From Patescibacteria group bacterium (lineage in GTDB: Bacteria; Patescibacteriota; Patescibacteriia; JAXHNJ01): a stretch of 64,000 nt of DNA. The stretch is from positions 36,155 through 100,154 of the forward strand of contig JBAZMP010000003.1 of assembly GCA_041649715.1 (NCBI GenBank), read 5' to 3'. Below the pieces are notes generated by a model. That model made no database searches, was not told where the DNA came from, and worked only from the letters and a program-made list of their open reading frames with translations. Below, piece after piece: positions 38,515 to 47,972 of the stretch. A program made the position numbers and the translations under genes. Position 1 is the first letter of the stretch; the number at the start of each line of letters is the position of its first letter.

Positions 38515-39435
38515 TTATTCCCTTAATTTTTTGCCGGTTAGTTCCAAAAAAACATCCTCCAGGTTGGCGTGCAATACTTCTTCATCCTGTATTTTGAATC
38601 TGTCTTTTTGCGCCAGGGCGATGATTTTCGGCAGAATCTCCGATCCGCGGGTAACCTTTAAGCTGTAAGAATGGTTCGGACCCTTATTCACTTCAAACAC
38701 GCCGGGAATTTCATTTATGTTTTCCAGACAAACTTCGCAATCAGTAGAAAAATTGATGACTGACGAAGCTTTTAGATTATGAATTAAGTTGACCGGCGTA
38801 TCCATGGCGGCAATCTTGCCTAAATCCATGATCGCCACCCGATCGCAAAGAACTTGCGCTTCCTCCATATAATGGGTGGTTAAAACAATGGTCTTTCCCC
38901 GGCTATTTATCTGCCGAATAAAATCCCAAATATTGTGTCTGGCTTGCGGATCAAGACCGGTGGTCGGTTCGTCCAAAAAGACGATTTCCGGATCATTGAC
39001 CAGAGTGGCGCAAATGGAAAAACGCTGTTTCTGGCCACCCGAGAGCTGACGAACCAATGATTTCTTTTTTTCGGTCAAACCGACGATTGAAAGCAATTTA
39101 TCTGCGTCCGCTTTCAAACCATAAAAAGAACCGAAGAGTTCCAGTATTTCCTTCAAGTTTAAATTATCAAAATAGGAAGAAGCCTGCAGCTGGACCCCGA
39201 TTTTTGACTTAACTCCGTCTAAATATTCATGCGTATCCATATCCAGGACATAGGTCTTGCCGGAGGTAGGTTTTTGAATCCCTTCAATAATTTCAAGACA
39301 AGTGGTTTTGCCGGCTCCATTAGGACCCAAGATGCCAAAAATTTCTCCTTTGCTTACGTCAAAGGAAATATTATCCACCGCGATCAAATCGCCGAACTTC
39401 TTGGTTAAATTTTCCACCCTGATGACTTTTGGCAT
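38515..39435 (-). CDS. ABC ATPase
   Basis: GPNGAGKTT, LSGGQKQR, LDEPTTGLDP, TTHYMEEA. Confidence 0.94.
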   Translation of the reverse strand: MPKVIRVENLTKKFGDLIAVDNISFDVSKGEIFGILGPNGAGKTTCLEIIEGIQKPTSGKTYVLDMDTHEYLDGVKSKIGVQLQASSYFDNLNLKEILELFGSFYGLKADADKLLSIVGLTEKKKSLVRQLSGGQKQRFSICATLVNDPEIVFLDEPTTGLDPQARHNIWDFIRQINSRGKTIVLTTHYMEEAQVLCDRVAIMDLGKIAAMDTPVNLIHNLKASSVINFSTDCEVCLENINEIPGVFEVNKGPNHSYSLKVTRGSEILPKIIALAQKDRFKIQDEEVLHANLEDVFLELTGKKLRE

Positions 39436-39494
39436 TATCGTATTCCGAGATTTAGATCCGTGATTTTAATCTCGGATCTTGATTAGTTAATCGC

Positions 39495-39917
39495 TTAATC
39501 TTTCTTTTCCGTATAGTTAAGAACACCGCTCCACTTGGCCTGGCTGCCATCCGGATTAATCACGCCCAATATATAATGGCCGGCCGGCCAAGACGGCATC
39601 CAAGTCTGCAAATAGCCGGGATTAAAGACAAAAGCTTCTATTCTGATCATTTCCGGCGATTGTATAAATACTTTTGTTTCCCGCACAAAACCCGCCCCGT
39701 AAATGGTAATCTGCTGCTTGCCTTCCGTGGTTACCTCGGAGGGATAAACGTAGTCAATGCGCAAAGAGATATTATTTTCACCCTGATCTAGATTGACGGC
39801 TTGCCCTTGATTACGTCGGACAAAATTTAAATAGTCTCCCGACTTATTTCCCGCAAAACAACCAGTCAATATTACCGGTAAAATTAATGTACTAATAAAA
39901 AAAGCCAATTTTCTCAT
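39495..39917 (-). CDS. Putative lipoprotein with IPT/TIG-like domain
   Basis: Lipobox LTGC; I..VYPS....G..ITIYGAGF..VINPDG. Confidence 0.7.
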   Translation of the reverse strand: MRKLAFFISTLILPVILTGCFAGNKSGDYLNFVRRNQGQAVNLDQGENNISLRIDYVYPSEVTTEGKQQITIYGAGFVRETKVFIQSPEMIRIEAFVFNPGYLQTWMPSWPAGHYILGVINPDGSQAKWSGVLNYTEKKD

Positions 39918-39952
39918 TAGCCTATTTTAGCCTATTTTTCTATTTTTGACAA

Positions 39953-40438
39953 CTAAAAAAAGACCTGCCAAAGAAAGACCCCAACCATTATGAATATCAG
40001 GGATATTTTTGTCAATAACCCCGCTATAAACCCCAAAAAAGCGCCAAAACCGGCCCTAAGCGCGTGTTTTACCTCTTTGCCGGCTAAAAGGACTTCCAGG
40101 CAAAAAGCCCCTAAGATAGGGCCGATTATGAGGCCGGTGAAACCACCAATAGAAAGTCCAATTATACCCCCTCCTATGCCCCCTATAATCCCCCATTTTG
40201 AAGCGCCCATTTTCTTGGCGCCGTAGATCGTCGCCAAATAATCAAAAACATAAGCAAGAATAACCAGACCCAAAAAAATAATATTGGTGGCCAAAGAAAC
40301 CTTTTCAAAATGCGTGTAAGCGCTTAAAATAAAAATCCCCAGCCAAACTAAGGGTAGGTCGGGCAAGAATGGAAAAAACAAGCCGGTCATACCGGCGCAG
40401 ATTAATATTACGGTGATAACGATAATCAAAATATACAT
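39953..40438 (-). CDS. DUF456 (YqgC-like) membrane protein
   Basis: GAKKMGASKWG..GG.GG, GPILGAF.LE. Confidence 0.85.
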   Translation of the reverse strand: MYILIIVITVILICAGMTGLFFPFLPDLPLVWLGIFILSAYTHFEKVSLATNIIFLGLVILAYVFDYLATIYGAKKMGASKWGIIGGIGGGIIGLSIGGFTGLIIGPILGAFCLEVLLAGKEVKHALRAGFGAFLGFIAGLLTKISLIFIMVGVFLWQVFF

Positions 40439-40487
40439 CTATTTTTCGCTACCGCTAAATTTCTCGACAATAAAACTGACCGGATTC

Positions 40488-42509
40488 CTATCTGTCATAA
40501 TTCGCCAAAAAGTTTTCTCTATCGGTAATTTTGTTTATCTCACTAATCAACTGCTCGGTCAAAATCTGCGGTTCCAGTTTTCGCCATCTATTTTCGATAG
40601 CTGTTTTACGGAAAGTAATATTAATCAATGGCGTAATATCCATCAACTTTAATATCCATTTCAACCTTGTCGGTGTTTCATCGATATATTTAATATATTG
40701 GTCTCTTACAAGTTTTGAATAATATTCAACGAATTGTATAGAATACTCGATTGATCCACTTTCCCAAGTAATTCGGCTGATTTCATGTTTATCTTGAAGG
40801 GTCAATTTATTCTTGCCAATAAATTTGATGATTGTTTGTTTATCCTTTAGATTTACCCCGGGATTAAAAATCGTATATATGATCGGCAAAGTCAATTTTC
40901 CTTCCGCGATATCATTATGTGATGTGCTTTTCATTCCCTTGCTCAAGTCAGACATTTGTTCTGGAAAAATTAAATCGCCCAAATCGTTCCTGATCATCTG
41001 TACCAAACCGAATATTTTTGAGATATAAATGCAGGCGCTTTCTGTTTCTTTTTTATTATAAAACTGCGCCCCGACATTGGTTGATTTAACAGCCATGCGG
41101 CCTATCTCTTCATAAAAAGCCCCGCAAATGCCATAAATCCGGTTAAAGTATTTCTTTAAAGCCGATTCTAAATTATTTTCCTGGATAAACCCTAATAAAT
41201 CCTTATTATTTGTAAATGTTAAATCAATATCAATCGGCTGTCCTAAATACATTATATATTGGACATCATTCAGGGCTGAAAGTAACTGTTTAGATGGTTC
41301 TTCCTTATCTCTGGTTAATTCGTATAACAAAACTAATGAGAGACAATGACCTATTGCACCCAGCAAAAAAGCGTTTTTTCTGCTTCCAAATTTTTTATGG
41401 AGTGTTTTTTCTCCCTGGCGACTGTCAGAATCGTCAAAAACATCATCAATGGCGTAAGTATTCAGCCAATTATATATTTCGAGAATGGCGCCCATTTGAT
41501 AAACAAAACTTTCATGAAAATATTTTTGTGAGGCAATAATATGATGACTAACCAAATCATAAAGCTCAAAAAAGATCGTCGGCCGAGTTTTCTTCTTTCC
41601 TTGTTTTCTTCCTTGAATTTCTTGGGCCGGAATATTAAACCAGTAGGCTATCATGCCAGAAATATCCTTAATATTTTTCTTTCCCTCGAAATAACTTAAA
41701 TACTTGCTGATAGAATGATAAAGAAATGGAACCAAGCTATTAAAATCTTCCTCAATTATTTGTTTGACGATTTTCGCGCGTTCATATTCTAAATTACATA
41801 TTTGACGGTAAGTAAATGGAACATCGAATTTTGTTTTACTGTTTTCAAAAACTTTGGTATTCAAGGCATATTTATTATAATCCGCATATTCCCCGCTTTT
41901 CTCCAGAATTTTCGCCACCACTGATATATCCGCATAATGACGAAGCTCCTTATCAACAGAATAATTAATAATCCCCTCCCTGGCGTAAATGGATTTATAA
42001 TATTTATCCAAATACTCAATAATTTTATTCTCAAATTGATCTTTATTTTCACAATAAAGAACAGCCGTGTGCGTGAATTTATCATTGTTTTTGGCAAATT
42101 CCGAGACTTCTTTGCTGGTTGTCAATATGGCGCCGATACTAAAAGTCACCATCCACTGGGCTGAATAGTAATCAAGGTGTTCCAAATTTTCTACTAACAT
42201 TATTGTCGGTTTTTCCTTACCAATCGCATAGCCGCATTCCCATGTACTATCCGTTCCGGCCGCTCCATTATTCTCCGTGTCATACATTTTCATGTAAGCA
42301 AGTATGGCATTACATTTATTTATTTCGCCTAAATCTTTTGTCGCAATTCTAATGGGAATTTTTCTCTGATCGGAGTAGTCTTCATCGATCAAGGCGGGCT
42401 GAAACAAATCTAACTTTTTATTAAAGAATGGCGAATATTCATCTTTAAAATTTTGTCTCCATAACTTTATTCCTGACGCTAAGTATATTTTATATCTTGT
42501 TACTGGCAT
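40488..42509 (-). CDS. Nucleoside 2-deoxyribosyltransferase-like domain fused to polyprenyl-synthase-fold domain
   Basis: N-terminal KIYLAS, GTDSTWECGYAIGKEKP. C-terminal GKKKTRP, IDDVFDDSDSRQG, GQPID, QMIRNDLGD, DIAEGKLTLP. Confidence 0.8.
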   Translation of the reverse strand: MPVTRYKIYLASGIKLWRQNFKDEYSPFFNKKLDLFQPALIDEDYSDQRKIPIRIATKDLGEINKCNAILAYMKMYDTENNGAAGTDSTWECGYAIGKEKPTIMLVENLEHLDYYSAQWMVTFSIGAILTTSKEVSEFAKNNDKFTHTAVLYCENKDQFENKIIEYLDKYYKSIYAREGIINYSVDKELRHYADISVVAKILEKSGEYADYNKYALNTKVFENSKTKFDVPFTYRQICNLEYERAKIVKQIIEEDFNSLVPFLYHSISKYLSYFEGKKNIKDISGMIAYWFNIPAQEIQGRKQGKKKTRPTIFFELYDLVSHHIIASQKYFHESFVYQMGAILEIYNWLNTYAIDDVFDDSDSRQGEKTLHKKFGSRKNAFLLGAIGHCLSLVLLYELTRDKEEPSKQLLSALNDVQYIMYLGQPIDIDLTFTNNKDLLGFIQENNLESALKKYFNRIYGICGAFYEEIGRMAVKSTNVGAQFYNKKETESACIYISKIFGLVQMIRNDLGDLIFPEQMSDLSKGMKSTSHNDIAEGKLTLPIIYTIFNPGVNLKDKQTIIKFIGKNKLTLQDKHEISRITWESGSIEYSIQFVEYYSKLVRDQYIKYIDETPTRLKWILKLMDITPLINITFRKTAIENRWRKLEPQILTEQLISEINKITDRENFLANYDR

Positions 42510-42540
42510 AGATCAATTATACTGAAAATAGTCAATAAAA

Positions 42541-42966
42541 TCAAATAAAATCCGCTATATTTGAAATCTGAGAAGAATCACTTATTTTTTCGGCACGCCT
42601 TTTCTCCCATTCCCTCACTTTTTCTTCATTAAATCCAAAATAATGACCGATTTCGTGAAGAATAACTTTATGGATTAACTTCTTGATATTTTCTTCTTCC
42701 GGTCCGGCTAAACTCTCAATCGGTTTTTTAAAAAGAGTGATTTTATCCGGCAACACGCCACTGTAACCTCGGCTTCGCCGGGTCAAAGGTATTCCCTGGT
42801 AAAGCCCTAAAAGCAATCCATTAAATTTTATCCCCCGCTCTTGCAAAGTGGCAACTCGGGGCTCATCTTCTAAAACAAAGGCTAAATTCTCTATTTTTTG
42901 ACGCAAGGCTTCCGGCAAGGACAAAATCGCTTCATTGATATATTTTACAAACTGAACTTGATTCAT
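42541..42966 (-). CDS. Zincin-like metallopeptidase (DUF1025 type)
   Basis: LLGLYQGIPL, PDKITLF, HEIGHYFG. Confidence 0.9.
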   Translation of the reverse strand: MNQVQFVKYINEAILSLPEALRQKIENLAFVLEDEPRVATLQERGIKFNGLLLGLYQGIPLTRRSRGYSGVLPDKITLFKKPIESLAGPEEENIKKLIHKVILHEIGHYFGFNEEKVREWEKRRAEKISDSSQISNIADFI

Positions 42967-43086
42967 TAAATTATTCTAGCATTTATTAACAAAAGTAAAA
43001 ACCTCGCCTTTTTCCACCCTAAAGTGAACTAAGACGAGGTTTCATATATCACGAAAGAGACGCTCTAGAAAGGACGTACAAATATG

Positions 43087-43644
43087 CTAACAGTCAAGGA
43101 CTTCCTCACGAACAGCCAAAAATTTGTTTTCTCCCGGTAACTTAACATCAAGCCACCAGCGCATCAAGTTCACTTTGCCGAACGGATCGGCGTCGAGTAA
43201 CGCAATAAAGTCATCCCGGACTGAACCACACAGAGCTATAACCGATTCTTCCTTATGTTCTTCAGGGTATTCCCTGACAAAAGTTTCGGCCTGGGCTCGG
43301 TCAGGACAACTTAGATGTCTGCGCTTGAATATTTTAAGCACTTCTCTGGGAGTAATTTCGGTGCTTACCGGGACTAATTCAAAAATCACTTTTTTCTTGC
43401 CTTTGCCCTTAATGGGAAAATCCTCTATCGTCGTTGGATTTCTGGATTTAGTCTGATTGCTTCCTTCAATCGATTGCCAACGCGGATCGTCGGAGTTTAC
43501 CTCGCAAACGAAACGCGGTTTGAAGACGAATAACTGAAGAAGTTCAATCCACTCGTCCAAACTACGCGATCCCTCTTGGACCATTTTGAGAGCCGAGGCT
43601 AGCAACTTGCCAGCTCGTTCCCAGGAATTCTTGCTGCTTCCCAC
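43087..43644 (-). CDS. Hypothetical protein, possible C-type-lectin-like fold (cassette F)
   Basis: AGGAGG SD before GTG; C-terminal VIAL.GS..L.RWW..KFLAVR pattern; terminator stem at ~42998-43042. Confidence 0.65.
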   Translation of the reverse strand: MGSSKNSWERAGKLLASALKMVQEGSRSLDEWIELLQLFVFKPRFVCEVNSDDPRWQSIEGSNQTKSRNPTTIEDFPIKGKGKKKVIFELVPVSTEITPREVLKIFKRRHLSCPDRAQAETFVREYPEEHKEESVIALCGSVRDDFIALLDADPFGKVNLMRWWLDVKLPGENKFLAVREEVLDC

Positions 43645-43965
43645 AGCTTTTCCTCCTGTCTAAGGCTTTCGCTACTAAACCGGACATGACGAATGACCGG
43701 CACTCCCATACCTTGGGAGATTTCGCGGCTTTGGCTTTGGTAGCCGCAGCGCCAACACCACTCCACTCAATCCTTACTAAAAGAGCCCGTAAAGAAGTGA
43801 GGTAGGCACTGCAGCCAAACTTGCCGATGAATTTTAAAAGAGTTTATTATATTCTCACGGATCCGCAATTCTGTCAATTTTAGCTTGTGGATAAATTTTT
43901 TGGTTATCTAACGTATAAATTATTAAATAGTCCAAGCCAGTTTCGGATTTTGAGTTTAGAATTTT

Positions 43966-44226
43966 TTATTTACGGATTCCCCTCTTTATCAGCTCCGCTT
44001 CAATGGCATGGGCCAGGCGGTTGCCGATCCCATCAATTTTTTCCAAACCCGTAAGCCAGGTGTGTTTATAAATCTCATCCGCTCCTTGATTTAAATTTTC
44101 TAAAGCCTTGGCCGCTTTTCTCAAAGAAATTACGCGAAATTTATTCTTGCCGGAAATCTCCTGTTTATCCGCTTTAGCGCGGAATACCGCGGCGATCTCA
44201 TAATTTATCTTCGGGTTATGTTCCAT
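43966..44226 (-). CDS. Stand-alone PolX N-terminal helix-hairpin-helix (8-kDa-like) domain
   Basis: N.EIA..F...AD, N.FR...RKAA..L, IDGIG..LA..I. Confidence 0.75.
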   Translation of the reverse strand: MEHNPKINYEIAAVFRAKADKQEISGKNKFRVISLRKAAKALENLNQGADEIYKHTWLTGLEKIDGIGNRLAHAIEAELIKRGIRK

Positions 44227-44286
44227 AATTTAATCTTATCAGAAAAACAAAAAAAGCGTAAATAAGCGCTTTGAATAATTGAATAC

Positions 44287-45672
44287 TTATTCTTCCCGGC
44301 CCTTTTCCGGATAAACTACTTCTGGCTGTAGGCCTAAGGCTTTCCGCGGCCGACGACCTTTTTCATCTTTTCCCATAGTCCGTTCTAGAACTTCCTCTTT
44401 GCGGATTGACCCTAGGGTGATGCTTACTCCCTCTTTTTCCGCCTGCTCAAGCATTTCCGGCCGGAAGCCGGCGGGAGTGACCATAATAGAACCTTTATGC
44501 TCGTGCAAAACCTGCATCATTTTTTTCCCGTGCGGAAGAGATTCAAGCCCTACCATCGGCTCATCAATGAAGTTTTTGGTAATGGTGCGCGGCTCATCAT
44601 CCTTATCATAAAACGGTGATCTTGCCCCCATCTTCTTAAGAGGACCCGCCAGTACCTTCAGCTTCGGATACATTTCTCCTAACGGAATATATTGAAAAAC
44701 ATATCGCGGACCATTGCCTTTTATTTCTCCGCTTTGGGTTAATTCTTTCTCGCGTTCATCAAATTCGTAAGCGGCATCCGCCCGGACGAACTGTAGATTG
44801 ACTTTTGAACCGAAATTATACTGATCCAATAATTTCAGGACTTGGCCGACAAAATCTTTCTCGCGGTATTTTTCCTCGGCAGTGATTTTTGTGTGCAGAA
44901 AAATTTCCAATCCCCTTCTGGCCTGCCTGGGCGCCTGTACATCCTCGGGAACCAACTCTTTCACCATTTTTAAATATTCTTCCAAAGTCGGAGCGTTCTC
45001 AATATCCTTTTTATTATATGAATGAACCACTACCGGTTCGCCGTCAGTTCTCATTTTAATGTCGCACTCAAAACCGCCAATCCCCTTTTCCAAATTTTCC
45101 CGGGTTTTCTCCACTTTAAAGCGGGGATCTTTCAAGGCAAACATCAAGGGAGTATCCAGTCCCACTTTTTCCGCCAGCTTCATTAACTTTTCCGTGCCGG
45201 GCTTCGGTTCATCAAATTTTCCTCGGTGCAGGATAACGTTCCGACGCGGTAAATATTCGGAAACCATTCTTCGCAAAACATGGGCCTGCAAACGCCTCAT
45301 TAAAGTCGTTTCCAATCCCACAAAATCATTTCCCGCGCCTTCCGAGAATCCGCCGGCTTCTTTCTTTAAACTCTCAATCTCATCAGGAGATTTTTCCAAC
45401 TCTAAATCTTTGAGGACAAAATCAGAAGAAATTCTAAGCATGTTTTTTACCTCTTCCTCGTCAACCTTATTTCTATTCATCCACGCCTGGAAATCTACTT
45501 TTTCGGCTTTTTCTCCTTCACCCATATAAAAATACTGCCCCTTGAAATATTCGACGGGGTCAGAGTCAATTTTTGCTAATTCTTCTACTAAAACCTGGCG
45601 GTAGTTATCGCCTTGCGTTTTTTCAAACCACTCGGGTAAATTGGGTCTAAATTCGCGGTTTTCCGGATTCAT
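44287..45672 (-). CDS. Divergent GDPD-like TIM-barrel protein with N-terminal extension
   Basis: ILHRG and GFECDIKMRTDGEPVVVH, then PTLEEYL. Confidence 0.6.
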   Translation of the reverse strand: MNPENREFRPNLPEWFEKTQGDNYRQVLVEELAKIDSDPVEYFKGQYFYMGEGEKAEKVDFQAWMNRNKVDEEEVKNMLRISSDFVLKDLELEKSPDEIESLKKEAGGFSEGAGNDFVGLETTLMRRLQAHVLRRMVSEYLPRRNVILHRGKFDEPKPGTEKLMKLAEKVGLDTPLMFALKDPRFKVEKTRENLEKGIGGFECDIKMRTDGEPVVVHSYNKKDIENAPTLEEYLKMVKELVPEDVQAPRQARRGLEIFLHTKITAEEKYREKDFVGQVLKLLDQYNFGSKVNLQFVRADAAYEFDEREKELTQSGEIKGNGPRYVFQYIPLGEMYPKLKVLAGPLKKMGARSPFYDKDDEPRTITKNFIDEPMVGLESLPHGKKMMQVLHEHKGSIMVTPAGFRPEMLEQAEKEGVSITLGSIRKEEVLERTMGKDEKGRRPRKALGLQPEVVYPEKGREE

Positions 45673-45753
45673 GTATTTATCTTAGCACAAAACCTTAGCG
45701 CGTTTTATAGAAGAAGTCAAGGTTGATTATAACAGGATTTTATTCTATAATTT

Positions 45754-46149
45754 ATGAATATGGAACAGCCAAAAACTTCTCCGAAAATCCTGCGTGAATT
45801 TTACTTCTGGGCCGGCATCATCGCCACCATCACCTACCGGGCGATTATTGTTTTAAACAATTATTCCGCCTTCTGGGTGAAAATCTTCTGGTATATCGGT
45901 ACCATCGGCTTTGTCCTATATTTCTACCATCGTTATCAAATTTCGCATCGCCGGGACAAACTGGTGGACGAACACGATCTAGTCAACAAAGTGAGCGGCT
46001 TCAACGCCAGCGAGGACGATAAAAAAGCGATGACCTATATCTTTTCCACCCTTGCTTCCAGCAAGGAAAGATGGAATTACGTCGTTATCTTCGTGTCTTC
46101 CGGGATCGCCCTTGTCTTGGGCGTAATATATGATTTTATCCTAAAATAA
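45754..46149 (+). CDS. Hypothetical membrane protein
   Basis: 3 TM; ends at a convergent terminator. Confidence 0.7.
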   Translation: MNMEQPKTSPKILREFYFWAGIIATITYRAIIVLNNYSAFWVKIFWYIGTIGFVLYFYHRYQISHRRDKLVDEHDLVNKVSGFNASEDDKKAMTYIFSTLASSKERWNYVVIFVSSGIALVLGVIYDFILK

Positions 46150-46160
46150 TTTTATCAAGT

Positions 46161-46194
46161 AAAAAAGACCGACCCCAGATAGCCGGCCTTTTTA
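46161..46194. terminator. Bidirectional terminator
   Basis: AAAAAGACCGAC/GCCGGCCTTTTT imperfect stem between convergent genes. Confidence 0.55.
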
Positions 46195-46215
46195 TCTATT
46201 GATATCTAATAAATT

Positions 46216-47151
46216 TTAATCATTCTGACCCGCCTGATTTTGATTCTGGTTCTGATTCATGTTCCGGTTCTGATTCTGATTTTGGTTGCTATTCTGATTG
46301 GAATTAACGCTGGCGTTAGTGTTACTGTTAACATTCCTATTGGCGTTAGTGTTCGTATTCGCGTTGGTATTGTTGTTCAACCAGGAGCCAAGGCGTTCCT
46401 TGACCTTCGCTTTCACTTCCTGGCCGTAATTATTTACTTCATTTTTCACTTGATTCTTAAATTCCTTGGCCTCGGCCGTCCCCTGGACATGTTCAATGGC
46501 ATTCTCTATCCCTTTGGCCGAGTTTTCCATGGCGTTCAAGATCGCACTCTGGGCGCTTTCAGGCGCTTTATCATAAACTTCCTGCAAGACCGCTTGCTGC
46601 CGCGTCTCGTTTTCTTTCAATTTTTCTACCAGAGCCTCGACATCCTTGCCGCTATCCTTGGCGGCTTTTAGCTTTTCCACGACCTTGTCAATTTTAGCCT
46701 GAAAGCGGGGCGCCAATTTCTGGGCCAATTCACACTTGTCTTTCACTTCGCAGAGTTTTTTAAGCTCTAATATCCTCCGGTTGGCAAACTTGAGGTCTAG
46801 CTCGGCTTTTTTCTCATCCGAAAAAGCAAAAAACGATTGCACGCTTTCCCACCAGGTTTTTAAGAAATACAAAGGCGAATCCGGCAATAAAGTCACCTCC
46901 TCGTCCTGCTGCTGGCCGACAACTATCTTATTAACATTGCTGTTGCCATTAACGTTGACATTGGAATTTACGTTAGCATTTAGGTTGGCATTCAGATTCG
47001 CATTGGCATTTAGATTAACATTAGTATTGATATTTGTGTTTGAGTTCTGATTTTCATTGCTATTTTGCGTGGCAATCAAGTTGTCTTCGGCCGATAAAAC
47101 AAAGGGGCAAAGCAGGGCGGAAAAAAGAACGAAAATGAATAATTTTTTCAT
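46216..47151 (-). CDS. DUF5667-like exported helical protein with Asn-rich low-complexity arms
   Basis: LLPDSPLYFLK..WE..F.FS..KKAE..L.FAN.R..E; NxNxN repeats at both ends. Confidence 0.8.
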   Translation of the reverse strand: MKKLFIFVLFSALLCPFVLSAEDNLIATQNSNENQNSNTNINTNVNLNANANLNANLNANVNSNVNVNGNSNVNKIVVGQQQDEEVTLLPDSPLYFLKTWWESVQSFFAFSDEKKAELDLKFANRRILELKKLCEVKDKCELAQKLAPRFQAKIDKVVEKLKAAKDSGKDVEALVEKLKENETRQQAVLQEVYDKAPESAQSAILNAMENSAKGIENAIEHVQGTAEAKEFKNQVKNEVNNYGQEVKAKVKERLGSWLNNNTNANTNTNANRNVNSNTNASVNSNQNSNQNQNQNRNMNQNQNQNQAGQND

Positions 47152-47168
47152 AGTTTTTTTCTAGTTAC

Positions 47169-47477
47169 TTATCTAAATATTAAGTAAAATACCAGACAAA
47201 CTATAAATAAGATAAATATTACCGCCAAACTGATCAACAGGGTGAATATCGCCTCCTTATAGTTTTTTTGCAAAGCCAGGTAGACCGGATAGCCTAAAAC
47301 CAATAAACCCGAAACGGCGGCGCTGAAAACAAGGAGAGTCAGGACCAAAACACCCGTGAAAGCTCCTGATCCGGAAAACCATTTTTCCATCCCTTGCATA
47401 AAGAAAACGACTAAAACGATATAAACCACCTCCAAGACTCCACCCAGTATGCCAAATTTTAGACTTTTGGAATTCAT
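47169..47477 (-). CDS. Small membrane protein
   Basis: LVFSAAVSGLLVLGYP motif; 3 TM. Confidence 0.75.
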   Translation of the reverse strand: MNSKSLKFGILGGVLEVVYIVLVVFFMQGMEKWFSGSGAFTGVLVLTLLVFSAAVSGLLVLGYPVYLALQKNYKEAIFTLLISLAVIFILFIVCLVFYLIFR

Positions 47478-47525
47478 GATGTTTTTAATTAAAATATTAA
47501 ATATATAAACTGTAAAGCGACGGCC

Positions 47526-47592
47526 TGTTTTGAATTTTGGATTTTAAGCATTTGATTTTGTTTTGTGCTTTGGATTTTGGAATTAGGGTTTG
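47526..47592. repeat. Solo right arm of heptamer-periodic repeat
   Basis: GTTTTGAATTTTGGATTTTAAGCATTTG..TTTGGATTTTGGAATTAGGGTTT. Confidence 0.55.
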
Positions 47593-47598
47593 AACGAG

Positions 47599-47937
47599 CT
47601 ACATCTGGAAACTTCCCCTTTCCCCCATTTCCATTTCCAACCAATCTTTCCGAGAGTCATCCCACTTATAAGCCTTGAAAGTGTGGACAAATTCGTCTTT
47701 AGAATAAATATATTCCACCGTGGTATGACTGCCGATTCTCTTGGAGCCCAGGCCCTTTTTGTCTAAAACGACGGGATGAGTGACAAATTCAAGTTTCATC
47801 TTTCCCAAGGGGCCCTTGAATTCTAATATTTCAACTTCTCCGGGCCGGTCATCGCCTATAGGCTCCTTTCTCTCGTCGGTAACTTCAAAAGAATCCTTTA
47901 CCTGTCCCTTAATTCCTTCCCATTTTTCCTTGGTCAT
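47599..47937 (-). CDS. Hypothetical protein
   Basis: Clean ORF; F.GPLG.MKLE...P.VLD.K pattern. Confidence 0.75.
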   Translation of the reverse strand: MTKEKWEGIKGQVKDSFEVTDERKEPIGDDRPGEVEILEFKGPLGKMKLEFVTHPVVLDKKGLGSKRIGSHTTVEYIYSKDEFVHTFKAYKWDDSRKDWLEMEMGERGSFQM

Positions 47938-47972
47938 ATTCTTATAATATCACGAAAATGAAGAAAGTAAAA

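Noticed and set aside
46216-46400. Tandem hexamer repeats
   Set aside because: Encode Asn/Gln low-complexity protein tail; not an independent repeat element.
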